Assembly (NCBI RefSeq): GCF_009834535.1
Contig: NC_045696.1
Coordinates: 59,522,001 to 59,586,000, forward strand
From: Camelus ferus
Lineage: Eukaryota
DNA length: 64,000 nt
Direction: 5' to 3'
The notes beneath the pieces were generated by a model. That model was not told where the DNA came from, searched no databases, and saw only the letters and a list, made by a program, of their open reading frames with translations. This document shows, piece after piece, positions 25,490 to 37,575 of this stretch (position 1 is its first letter; every line of letters starts with the position of its first letter). A program made the position numbers and the translations under genes.

Positions 25490-26095
25490 ACAGGGAACCT
25501 TTGTGTGCTGTTGGTGGGAATGTAAGATGGTGCAGCCACTGTGAAAAACAGGATGGCAGCTCCTCAAAAAGGTAAACATAGAATTACCACATGATTCAGT
25601 ACATACCCAAAAGAATTAACAGAATGTGCAGAGGTATTTGTATACCCTTGATCAGGCAGCATTTTTCACAATAGCCAAAAGGTGGAAGCAACCGAAGTAT
25701 TCATCAACAGATGAATAGATAAACCAAAAATGGTGTATGCAGATAGTGGGATATTATTCAGTCTTTAAAAGAAAGGAAATATGACATGATACAACATGGA
25801 TGAACCTTGAAGATAATGCTATGTGAAATGTCAGTCACTAAAGGACAAATATCCTATGAGTCCACTTATATAAAGTGCCTGAAATAGTCAAGTTCATGGA
25901 GACAGAAAGTAGAATGGTGGTTGCCAGGTGCTTGGTGGAAGGGGAGGAAGGAATGGGGAGTTATTATTTAATGGGTGCAGTTTCATTTTTGCAAGATAGA
26001 GAGTTCTGGAGATGGATGGGAGCAATGGTTGCACAACAGCGTGAATCTTAATAACACCACTGAACTTAAAAAGTTTTCTTTTAAATATATTTCAC
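25490..26095 (+). mobile_element. L1M (L1MB-like) 3' end
   Basis: 'gttggtgggaatgtaagatggtgcagccactgtgaaaaac', 'ggatgaaccttgaaga', 'gagacagaaagtagaatggtggttgccagg'. Confidence 0.85.
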
Positions 26096-26719
26096 GACTA
26101 CCACCATAAGAGCAAAAGGCCAAGCTTATAACCACACAAGGGCCTTCTGCAGAATGAGCTGGACTTTGCCAACATAATGCAGACCCAGGCTCAGTGTGCC
26201 TTTGGTGGACAGGATGTAGCACAGACCCAAAATATCTGGGTGACCAGGCATTCTGGTGCCTGTCCAGTCTGTTAGAGGACAAGGGGTGGGAGAGGGCCAT
26301 CCGGACTCCCTGCCTGCTGAGACTGGACACTGTGGTACCTGGGATAACCTGTTGTTATAGAGCCATCCCGTATCTTTGGCTCCCCTGCCTTTTGGCTGTC
26401 CCGTGGCTCAGCTCTCTTCACTTGGGAAGGACATCCCCAGAGCCACCCACAGCCCTGATCCAGCCCACTCCTTGCTCTCTTCCTGTTGTAGCCTCATAGG
26501 CAATGCCAACCTTGGCTGAAGGCCCATGAGGGGGCTGCCATTTTTGTGTATTGTTACAACTGAGCAAGTGTCATGGCCACCCCAACTTCAACCCCGTTGC
26601 TCCCAGTTACTCCTCCACCTTCTAACTGGTGCCTGATATGCCCTTCATGTGGGACAATGCCTTTCATTTAGCACTGGAGACACATTAACTTAAATTCACA
26701 TTGAAGAAAGGACGGACGC

Positions 26720-26905
26720 ATTTTTGAGAGCTTATGGGTCTGTTATGTGTTTTGTCTCCCACCAATCCTGAGTGATAGACAGTATTACCCTCATTTTGTA
26801 GAAGAGAACACGAAGGCTCGGAAAGTTCTTCAGCACCCACGTCACCTGGTGGCTCTGCTAGGGTTTCGACCCAGGTCTGTCTCCAGACTCATGTTCTCAG
26901 CCTGA
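26720..26905 (-). mobile_element. MIR SINE
   Basis: 'agtattaccctcattttgtagaagagaacacgaaggctcggaaag'. Confidence 0.65.
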
Positions 26906-28583
26906 CTCCATGCTGTCCCTCCTTACTGAGGTGTAGGAATGGGGTGTAAAGTTCATTTCTGAGTGCCAGTTTCCTCATGGAAAGTGGGAGCAAAGAGCAA
27001 GAACGGGGCAGGGGGTGGTGCTGTGGCCATCCCATTTCACACGCATTCCTTTTCCCTGGTCCCGCCAGTGAGTAATCTCTTGATAAAATCCGCTTCCCCC
27101 GCCTCTGCTTTCTGACAAGACTGTGTCTTTATGAGAGAGGAGAGAGGGTTCTACCTTCCAAAAGGCTCATGCTTTTAGGATTGGGTTTCCTCTGAAAAGG
27201 GCAGCAGCAGATGCAGGCCACAAATGTAGCACCTGAGTGAGGGGCTATGTGGTCACTGCATTGCCCTGGACATAGGCCTCTAGAGATGGGGCTTGTAGTC
27301 GGGAAATTAATCCTGTCTTGTTCCCTTGTCCCCAGGCTAGGGAAGGGAGTGGGCAGTGGAGCTGCCTAGCATCCTAGAACTGGGAGTCCACATAGGAAAA
27401 CCAACTCTGACTGTGAGTAGCCACCTGCCTCAGCCCTGCTTTGCTCTGTGCAAGGTGACCATCACGCTCAGGTGGTGAGAGAGGGGGCGATCGGGCAGGA
27501 AAGGGTGCTCTCTCTCTTGCTTCTGTTCTCAGTTAGGTGAGAACCATGGGGAGGAGAGCAGTGAGTTTCATCAGGAAGTGGATCATTCTTGAGTTGGGCA
27601 GAGATCAGTGGCACAAAGTGAAAGTATTGGAACTTGTTCCTGGTTGTTGTGGGCTGCTAGGTATGAGATATAGTCAGGAAGGGCATCACACACAGTGAGA
27701 AGTAGGAGGCTGGGTGGGGGTCGCCTGTCAGCAGCGCGACAGAGGGTCATGATTCAGTGAAGGAGCCTCTGCCAGCTTCATGATTTTATGATTCTTTGAC
27801 CTGAGACTGATGAGACAAGGGAATTCTAAGCTCCCATTCTGTGCTTTCAGATTTAAAAAATTGTTATGAATCAAAGCACGAAGAGAGCTGTTTCATTGGT
27901 AGCAGCTCCTGGAAATTTGCCCTTCTGCAGGGAAAAACAGAGAAATGCCTGCCCCTGGGGAGAGGTCAAGGGGCAGCATAAAGCCCCTGGACAAGCGCTT
28001 CTCTGTTCTAGGGACAGTGGGACACCTGTGATTCTCACCATTGGTTACCCTTTGGGGTAAAGACATTTAAGGCAGTCATGAAAATAAATACAAATGATAT
28101 CTGTGAAAGCTGAATGTAGCAGTTCATCACCTGTTATTAAACTTTAACATCAGTTTTGTGTTGATTAGTTCTTGAACATGTTTTAAAAAAATTCTTCAAC
28201 TACCATTTGAAGGGAATGAATTTAGTATTTATGAGTACTCCCTTCATCCTGCAGATGGCACTCTTTGAATAGTCTGCATAGAAGCGGAGCAGAGTGAGGA
28301 AAGGAGCCTCACTCATGAGAGCCTGACGGGCAGATGGTGAGGGGCCAGGGCCAGGGGATGCACCAAGGGTCTGTCTCTACAGGGCTTTCTAGTCTAAGCC
28401 GCTGAGATTGTCCCTGCTCAAATAGAAGAGCTGGGGGCCAGTGGGAACTCTTCCTGGTCTGGAGAGATACTTGACTCAAGTTACCTATAAACTGATCAAT
28501 GACTCAGGCCATAGAGTAAATTCAATTAAAAAAAAAAAACTCACTTATTACATATATATATTTAAATATTCATACATGTGCTT

Positions 28584-29540
28584 TATTTTTTTGTTTGTTT
28601 GTTTTTATTTACTTTTTATTGAAGTATAGTCAGTTTATAATGTGTTAGTTTCTGGTGTGTAGCATAGTGATTCAGTTATACATATGTATGCCTTTTCATA
28701 TTCTTTTTCATTATGAGCTATTACAAGGTATTGAATATAGTTCCCTGTGCTGTACAGTAGGACCTCGTGGTCTATTTTATATATAGTATTTAGTGTCTGT
28801 AACTCCTGAATTCCTAATTTATCACTTCTTACCCCCTACCTTTTTTCCTTCTGGTAACCATCAGCTTGTTCCCTTTGTTTGTGAGTCTGTTTCTGTTTTA
28901 TAAATAAGATCATTTGTGTTTTTTTTTTTTAGATTCCACATACAAGTGATATCATGTGGTATTTTTCTTTCTCTTTCTGGCTTACTTCACTTAGTATGAC
29001 AATCTCCATGTCCATCTATGTTACTGCAAATGGCATTATTTTATTCTTTTTTATGGCTAAGTAATATTCCATTACACACACACACACACACACACCCCCC
29101 CCCCTTCTTTATCTAGTCATCTGTCCATCTGTCATTGGACATTTAGGTTGCTTCCATTGTCTTGGCTATTATAAATAGTACTGCTATGAGCACTGGGATG
29201 CACGTGTCTTTTCGAATTAGAGACTCCTCTGGATATATGCCCAAGAGTGGGATTGCTGGATCATATGGTAAGTCTATTTTTAGTTTTTTTTTTTTTAAGT
29301 TTCTTAAGAAATCTCCATACTGTCCACTATAATGGCTGCACCAGTTTACATCCCCACCAACAGTGTAGGAGGGTTCCTTTGTCTCGACACCCTCTCCAGC
29401 ATTTATCGTTTGTGAACTTTTTAGTGATGGCCATTCTGACTGGTGTGAGGCGATACCTCATTGTAGTTTCGATTTGCATGTCTCTGATAATTAGCGATAT
29501 TGAGCATTTTGTGTGTGTGCCTATTGACCATTTGTATATA
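28584..29540 (-). mobile_element. Lineage-specific L1 3' end (ORF2 C-terminus, 3'UTR, poly-A remnant) with internal (CA)n/poly-C
   Basis: Minus ORF encodes [31 protein letters not shown]...CWRGC...[15 protein letters not shown], the L1 ORF2p Cys-rich domain; T-rich tail at left; possible TSD atacatgt. Confidence 0.92.
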
Positions 29541-32274
29541 TACATGTATTTTGTATGTGTGTGTTGCATGTTAGGTATCACTGGGAGTATAAACAAGTTT
29601 AGGGATGGAGTTGCTGCCCATAAGAGTGTAGCTGTCAGGGCATGGATGTGTCCATATCTGCCCGGGAGGTAGACTGGGCAGTGGTACTGCCCTTTTGTCC
29701 TGAGATCCTTGCCACGACTCAGCAGGAAAGTAATCAGGGGCCTGCGGTTTAGATAGCAGCTGTGCCTGCTGTGTTAGCGGTCTGCTTTATAACCTCATTA
29801 TCTGAAACGCCAGACTCTCTGTAAGCTAGTTTAGTCAAAAATTAGCAAGCATTTACATTCAAATATATATTATTTAAAATCTCAAAGCACCAAGTCACAT
29901 TTAAGCAGCTAAGCATTAGTGTAACATTTTTGAAAGAACAGACCATTTAAAAAAAGATTTAAAGAAATACAAAAATACAGGCATCATTAAGTAGTCCATT
30001 CAATAATCTCTGGTTAGTTATTTCTCTATCTGACCCTCGCTTTTTTCTCAAACTTGAATAGAATACATTTTTTTTTTAAATCATCCTGAGTCTTGGAGTC
30101 AAAATAGGCAAGAATGGAAGGAAAACATTTCAGTGGACCTATCGGTGACCTTGCCCTGCAAAGATGCTCAAGGTGTAATCCGCTAACCTACCAGAGTACT
30201 AAAGGAAGGTGGAACGGGATAATCCCTGGAGATGGGGAGCGTGTGCCCACAGAGTGACAGTTGCACTCAGTTTCCATGGCCTGTCAAGTCTTCGGTGGGC
30301 ACCATGGAAAATTAAAGAGATGCACAGTTCTGTCTTGAGGAACTCACAATCCAGTGGAAAAACATACAGCAAACATATTCAAACTCTCTAAGTCCACAGT
30401 AAGAGAGGAGGCATAGTCTTTACTCTTTTCGTTTTCAAGGAGCACATCTAGTGAAACCAAGGTAAACCCTTAGTTCATTTAGTGATCCAGGAAACATGCC
30501 TGCCTGGCGGTGGTGTAGTGACCTTTGGAGTAAGTCCTGTCTTTCTTTTCACACCTGAGATGGTGACCAGTTATAGCAGCTGCAAATGCAAGCAGAAGGA
30601 GAAGGTGGGAGACCTTAAATAGATACTTTTTTGCACTCTAGTTTCTTAGAGAAGATGAGAGGTTCTTAGGCAGGATGGAAAAAAAGGAGTGAGGAAGAAA
30701 GCCAGGAAAATGCAGATAAATTAATGTCATGAAGCGGGCAAGTGGAAGAATGTGAAATGGCAGAGAAATGAGGGACAATTACCCTTTGGATCTTGCCTGG
30801 CACTCTTCCTGTTGGGGTGGACTCAGGACATTCCTTCCACAGAGCTCTGGAGAGAAGTTGCTGGCGTGAGCTCTTGGGACCACTGTCAGGAAGAAGAAAG
30901 ATGTTTTATATGGTGGATAATTCCCAAACAAGGGTTTTGAAGGTCACTTTGTGTACACTTGATGTGGAAAATTGAGAGGGGATCAGAGCCAATATCCAAG
31001 ATACAGAGAGCCTGCCAAAAACTTCTTATCAAGACTCTGAATGGTTCCCCCACTTTTGCTGCTTCCTGAGTGGAACAAATGGCATGCTCAGAAGAAACTG
31101 TGACTGCATTCCTAATGACTTTCAAGTTCTGGGTAGCAAACTGAAAGATTCAAAAGCACAGGTGGTGTTTTTTATCTCTTGTTCCGTGTGATGGGAGTGA
31201 CTATGGAAGAGAAGGGAGGCTGAGAAACAAGTGGCTGCCTGTGTAGATGGTGTTTTTAAAAGTTTTCTGGACTATATCCTACGAAGCCAGGATGATGGGC
31301 TTCTGGCAAGGGGTAGAGTGCATCTTGTAAAGGTTGGGAAGGATGTGCTTTGGCAGAAAACCTTGTTGGTCTGTCTAGAAGGATTTAAGTGAATTTTAAA
31401 GTCAAAGGAGAAAATTATCCCAGTAAAGCCAAAACCAGATGTGTGAGGCACCACACAGGTGACACAGAAAGAAGCATCTTCTGAAGGAAATGCCCTGAGG
31501 TCAACTTAGGTTAAAAAAAAAAATCAAGAATACAGATTGCAAGCAATATTTATAGCCTCCCTTATCTATATATCAACCAAAGGCATGTGTAACAAGTAAG
31601 GTCCTTAAACTTTAACACAAGAAGATAAAGATAATAAATATTCCTGAGACTTTAGGGTAGTGAGCTCATAAATAAAAAATGACAATCGAAGATTTTCTGT
31701 TTAAAGGACTCGTTTAATAGGAGAGTTGAGGGTATATCAGAAAGGCTCTCATCTATATGAGATCTACAAAACTGGGAGTAGTAAACAATATGGAGAAATA
31801 TTAGAGATTAAAGGAGAGCAAAAAGAAGCCATGATGGTTACTGGAGAGGACTGTAGTCTGCTCCATCAGATAGAGGATATGGGAAATGCTATTCTGATAT
31901 GATTTCAATTCTGGCTCAAGGAAAACTGCAGTGGTTATGAGAGTCCTCAGATTTCCTGGCATCTCTTAAAAATTGTGACGCTGTAAATAAAACATCAATA
32001 AGTTGATGAGAGCAAAGGGTTCTACAATGTAGAGAGTGAAGCCTTATAGGAAAGCTCAAAAGAGTATGGGTTATATCCAGACTCTCAAGAACCTTAACCT
32101 TTACATGGAAGGATTTAGACATTGCTCTTAGAGCAAAGAAGAGTTTTAAAGGCTTTTGAGTAATGATACAAATTAAAATATAACCTCTAAGCTGGAGAAA
32201 TAAGAATTTCTTTGTATGCTGACTGTTTAGATTGCATATGGAATATTGTGCCTAATTCCTGAAAATACATTTTC

Positions 32275-32593
32275 TTCTTTTTCTTTTGAATTGTATACAT
32301 TTATTTAGGAAAGCAGAGAAAAGCCTAAATTTAAATTAGGAATTGAAACAATTAAACATTTAGTATGGCTTAGTCTGTTCAGCTATGGCTATGATAAAAT
32401 GCCCTAGAATGTGTGGCTTGTAAACAACAGAAATTTATTTCTCATAGTTCTAGAGGCTGGAAAGTCCAAGATCAATGTGCTGACAGTCTGCAAGCAAAGA
32501 GAATTGAGCAGATCTGCAAGAAACTCTGTAGCCCCTGAAGAAAGAGACTTAGAGATTTCAGCTCATTTAGTTTCCATGGGGCTCAGCTATGCT
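32275..32593 (-). pseudogene. Short processed retrocopy (3' end of an unidentified transcript) containing an MLT1A/MST-like LTR piece (~32366-32490)
   Basis: Perfect 16-bp TSD ctgaaaatacattttc (32259-32274 / 32594-32609); minus-strand AATAAA (32300-32305); A-rich tail (32275-32287). Confidence 0.7.
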
Positions 32594-32919
32594 CTGAAAA
32601 TACATTTTCAAAAGGATATTGACAAACTAGGCTGTGATTGTTGGAATGCTGCCAGGAGAGTGAAGTTAAAGTAACTGGCTATGACCAGTTTTGAGTAAAT
32701 AATTTTTTATGGAAGGCAGGGGTTGAGTTTGGTAGTTGAAGGCTTCCTGTAAAAGAGATAGGGTAGAAGGTACAGTGAAGCTAATTTTGGCTTAATTCAG
32801 GTATCATTTCTAACCCACAGTTGCTTTTTTATGAGCTGTCCAAAACCAGAATGAAATGTCTCCTGATGTAGTGTGCTTATCACTGGAGGTTTTCGAGTAG
32901 AGGCAATACTTTTGTCCTT

Positions 32920-34330
32920 AGGATATAAACATTCTCAGATTTTTCCCATCTTAGAAACAAACAAGCAAGCAAACAAAAAGAAACCAAGAGTACCTTTTCT
33001 GGACCCTACTTTCCTCTGTTCTTCCTTCCCTTGACAGCCCAGGTGTTTGAGAGAACATTTTACACATGCATCTCCACTTCCTCACCTCCTAGATGCCCTT
33101 CGACTTGAGCTTCTGTTGAGTTTCTGTTCTCTCTGACCAGCTGAGGTTAATCTTACCAAAGTCTCTTTTTGTTTGTTAAATCCAAAGGACATTTTTCAGA
33201 TATTCATTGGTCTTTCTGAAGCATCTGACCTTTTGTCAGCCTTCTATGACACTTTGCTCTCTTGGTTTCCTTAATGTATTTCTGACTGGTCCTTCTTAGA
33301 GTTGTCTCCCTTTTCCCCAGGATTTTTTTCCTCAGACCTTCTCTTCTCACTTTATGCTGCCTGCATGATTTTATACTCTTTCATGACCTCAACTGCCACT
33401 GCCTACTCTGATGGCTCCCAAATCCATGTCTCATCTCTGATCTCACCCCTGTGCTTCCCATTCGAAAACCCACTGGCTTTCTAGACTCTTCCACTTTGAT
33501 TTTTCAGAGGGTTTTCAAACCCAATGTGTCCAAAATTTATTTGACCATCTCCTACCCCTTTCAGGTGTCCTTTTCCTCCTGTATTGTGTAAGTGAAGGGT
33601 ACCAACCACCCAGCTGCTCAAGCCAGCAACTTGGGAGTCATTCTTGATTCCTCCCTTGCTCTCACCTTTCATGAGTCTTTTGCAAAGATTACTGTTTCTA
33701 TGTATTAATAAGTCCCTCTCCTTCCATTTTCATTGCCTCTGCCCTAGATAGGAGTCTCATTATCTCTTGCTTTCAATATCCTCCTGTTTTCCTTGACTCT
33801 AGTCATGGTCTCCTTTACTCTGTGCCCACACTGCTACCAGAGTGGTTTTCCTAAAATGCACATCTCATCCTGCTACTCTGTTTGTTATAGAACTCATAGG
33901 TGTCTTCCCATTGGAATAAAGTTCAAATTCTTGATATTATGAACCTTTTATGAGCTGGCTATTGCCTTCTCTGGTTTTCCTTTTCAGCCCCACTCTGTAT
34001 TCCTCCTGTCCCAGATTTTACCTAAATATGTCATGATCTCAAGTGTCAATGCTGTCTCCTTTTTAATCCTTCCTACATCTTTAACTTTGACTACTCCTGA
34101 CCAACTTCTGTTCCTCTTTGAACACTCATCTCAAATATTACCACTTTTTCTGGTCACATCCCTGTCATGGAAGTTATCACACAGTGTCATAATCAATTTT
34201 ATGCTGACCTCACTCCCCAGCTGTGACCTTCCTTAGAGCAGAAATTTTATCTTATTAGCCTTTTTATCCCAATGCCTGGTACAGTGAGCCTAACATGTAA
34301 TTGGCACTTGAAAAATAAAGGAATGAATGG
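32920..34330 (+). mobile_element. L2 LINE nested in the CR1 3' end
   Basis: 'aaatccaaaggacatttttcag', 'ttgggagtcattcttgattcctccc', tail 'aataaaggaatgaatgg'. Confidence 0.85.
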
Positions 34331-35129
34331 TATAGAGGGGATTCCTTTGTTGGGTGGATATCAAGCCAGGTGATGTCTGAGGTCCTTTGCAACTCTAAGA
34401 ATGATAAATGGAAGAGAGGTGGATTGAATGAATATTCATTAAAAAATACAGGCCTCAGAAACATAAAACCCAGGACCTAATTGGTAGCCATCCTGATAGA
34501 ACTAGTAGGATTACACTGAGCAAGAGTCAGCGTGGACAGCCCCAGTCCAGAATCCCACACTTGGCAAGAAGCATCTTTGGAGTCAAATTTTGAGTGAGTT
34601 ATTTGGACTATTCTGTATTCTTTTAATTGAAGAAAAAAAAAAGCCTAACAGATTATTTCAGATGAAATTATTTCCTATAAATTGGTTCCATGGGAAACCA
34701 ATTTTGACAAGAGGGCATGGTAATCCTTAGTACTCTGTCCATGTCACCAGCCCTGCTAAGTTTCCATGATTTTCTGACTGGGATAGTTAGCATCACACTA
34801 TGCCTGACTGCTCAGGAGGCTCTAACTCTCTCCCTCTTTTGGCTGAAATGTGGTGAAGTTCTTTTTACCTTTCAAAAGTTCTCCCTTAGAGAGGTGAATA
34901 AGATTAGAGGTGAATAAAACTGGCCCTTTTCAAAGGGACCTTAAAGGCAACAACAAAACAAAAGGTAAATCAGACCAAATAAGTATACTGATTTTATGTT
35001 CAGTATATTGATTTTGTGTCCAAGACAACTCACCTAGTCATATTTTTTGTTCAGTCTGTCATGTTTGTTGATAGACATTTTTTCCTTCTCCCTGTTGAGG
35101 AGACCCTAACAACAGCAGTAATGATAAGA

Positions 35130-35345
35130 ACAGTAACACTTACTGAGTACTTTCTATGTACCAGACACTCTTCACTTCATTCTCATAACATCCCATGAGT
35201 TAGGTACTGATATTCCCATTTACAGATAAGGAATCTAAGGCAAAGAGGTGAAATAATTAGCTCAGGTTGGCAGAGCTAGTAAATGGTGGAACTGGGATTC
35301 AAACCCCAGGAGTCTAGCTCCAGCGCCCAGGCTGTCAACCACCTT
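35130..35345 (-). mobile_element. MIR SINE
   Basis: 'cccatttacagataaggaatctaaggc...ctgggattcaaacccc'. Confidence 0.85.
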
Positions 35346-35969
35346 CCATGTTGTAGAGTCTCTTGATTCACAGAAACTTTGGATGTCTCTGGGATCAGGC
35401 CAGGCAGGGGCCTCAGTTCTACCCCAGAACCAGTTCCTAATTCTCTTCTATGCATGGCTCTGGGTGGTCCTTCAGACAGCCATGTGTTAGCACTGTGATC
35501 ATACGACCGCTGAGTGGCACTCTTTCCCTCCTGTGTCTAAGATTTCCCTTGGACTCCAGGGTCACCTTCATGACCCTCTAAGACATCTTCATCTAAAATT
35601 TCTTTGTGACGTCAGGACTCTGGGAATCCTGTGACTGCCTGTCACCTTTCTTTACCTGTCCTTTGCCTTATCTGAAACATATGTACCCAGCTGGCTCTGC
35701 TGACTGTTAGAGCTTGGCCAGTTCAGCAGTTAACTTGACAGTTAATCGGTCTGGCCTGGAGCTTCGTTTCCATTTTCTAGCTCAAGGTGGTGGGCTACAC
35801 TTGAACCAGCCCAGGAGATTATTTTGTCTCTTTCTTTTTACCTTTTGCTAAGGTCAGGCTATCATTAATGAAGCCTCCTTGTCTCCAAAACACATCCCCC
35901 TTGATAGCTCTACAAGCCTGTTTGAGCCATCCCTCTCAGTTCTAATTTCCCATCTATTTGGACATACGA

Positions 35970-36175
35970 TATAGTGAAGAAAAATGTAGCATTTGCAGTC
36001 AGTCTGTTCTTTTATTGGCTTTGTGGCAATCACTTAATTGCCCTGAGCCTCAGTGTCCTCTCTAAAATGGGGGTGGTGACACCTCCCCTGAAGAGTGATG
36101 TAGGGGTTAGAAATAACACTTGGAATGTGCCTAATAGAGAAATTGGTTCATAAGAGATGCTTGATAAATGGTAGC
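35970..36175 (+). mobile_element. MIR SINE
   Basis: 'ggcaatcacttaattgccctgagcctcagtgtcctctctaaaatgggg'. Confidence 0.75.
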
Positions 36176-37379
36176 CTCTGTGGCAGCAGTGGGGACCGTG
36201 GTCGTGGTGGTAGTGGATATATCTAAGCCTCACTCCCTTTCAGGATAAGTTATCAAGTACCATGCTGTCATCTCTCAAGACTCAGCTGGGTATGGTCTGC
36301 CTAACTAGGTTGGAAAGAGTAGGCTTGTCCTTCGAGATGGGCCAGGTGCCAAGGGGAAAGATCAGCTACAAGTACAGATAAGCTTGGCCCTTGGGTTAAG
36401 CATATGGAAGAGATGGCCATCCAATTTGACCAGTCGGAACCAAGGAAAGGCAATAGAGTAATGGCACATCCTGCCTCGGGGTGGTAGGTAGTGGGTACCC
36501 AACACTGGTCATCCAGGAGCCAATGTACTCAGAGACCCAAGGAGGAGGATGGGCAGTTTGCATTGGGAAGGCTGTTAACAGATAGCAGGCTCCAGTCACT
36601 GGGCTACAAATCAGGTAAAGTGAAGAAGAGTGTAGCATTTGCAGTCAATTGCTGGGGCACCAGGTAAGGAAGAGCTGGCTCTTAGGAACAAGACAAAAGT
36701 CTAATTATCAAATGTGGGCACCAGAGCAGGGCTGGATTAGCTGCCACTGGGACCTGATATGGAGAACCAGTCTATTGGTAGGATGTGTGATTCCATTTGA
36801 TTTCTTTAATGGGATTGGAGATGAGCCTGCCATAGGATCTCAGAAAAGAAGGAAGGAGAGAGAGTCTGGGCACCAACTGAGAGTACTCTTCCTTCCAAAG
36901 CTTGCTCTGACACATGGTGCCTCTTTAGAGAGGTACCAAGTGTGTGACAACTAGTTTCACAAGGTAACAACATATTAACCTTGCACAGTGACAAAACACA
37001 CCAATGGGAAGAATACAAAATTGCTGAATCTTAGAGAGCACTGACATGTTTTAGAAAGGGAACAAGGAAAGCTGTTCCAGAAGAAAGCTTTCTCGTCTGC
37101 CCGGTATTGATTCAGAAAGAAAACCATGTATTACCATGCCTTTCAATAATTAATTTCGACACAGGTCAACCTGCCCAAATTGACTTCCTTTCTCTTGCCT
37201 CCTTTCATTTCTGACACTGTGGGCTTTTGGAAGCTAGCACTGTCTAAGCTAAAACTAAGAGGGGGCACGTGAAAGATGTGTGCAAATTCCACAGTGAAAA
37301 CATTTCTCCTGGATAAATATATTTTGAAAAGTATTTGTGAAGTTTTAAGCCTATGCAATAAAAATATATGAATAAGTAA

Positions 37380-37575
37380 TAATAATAACTGCCATTTATT
37401 GAATATATACCTTTAGAAGAAATATCTCATTTAATCCTGGAGACATCTCTGTGGAGTATGTTTTAATATTACCCTCAATTTCCAGATGAAAAATCAGGCC
37501 TAGAGAGGAACATTCAAGTGCAGGAAATAGGCTTTGAAGCCAGGCAGTCTGACCCCAAAGCTCATGCTTCTAGCA
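37380..37575 (-). mobile_element. MIR SINE
   Basis: 'tctcatttaatcct...ggctttgaagccaggcagtctgacccc'. Confidence 0.7.

Larger units (their letters stand above)
30880..34405 (+). mobile_element. Degenerate L3/CR1 LINE (ORF1 esterase, ORF2 start, 3' end) with nested insertions
   Basis: GTNGMLRR..DFQVLGSKLKDSKAQVVF (31072-31170), GLLARGRVHL (31297-31326), YLYIN..GMCNK (~31563-31596), HFQKDIDKL (~32603-32629), 3' tail 'tgaggtcctttgcaactctaaga' (~34378-34400). Confidence 0.75.

Noticed and set aside
29327..29596. Active L1 ORF2
   Set aside because: Only a ~1-kb 5'-truncated remnant with disruptions.
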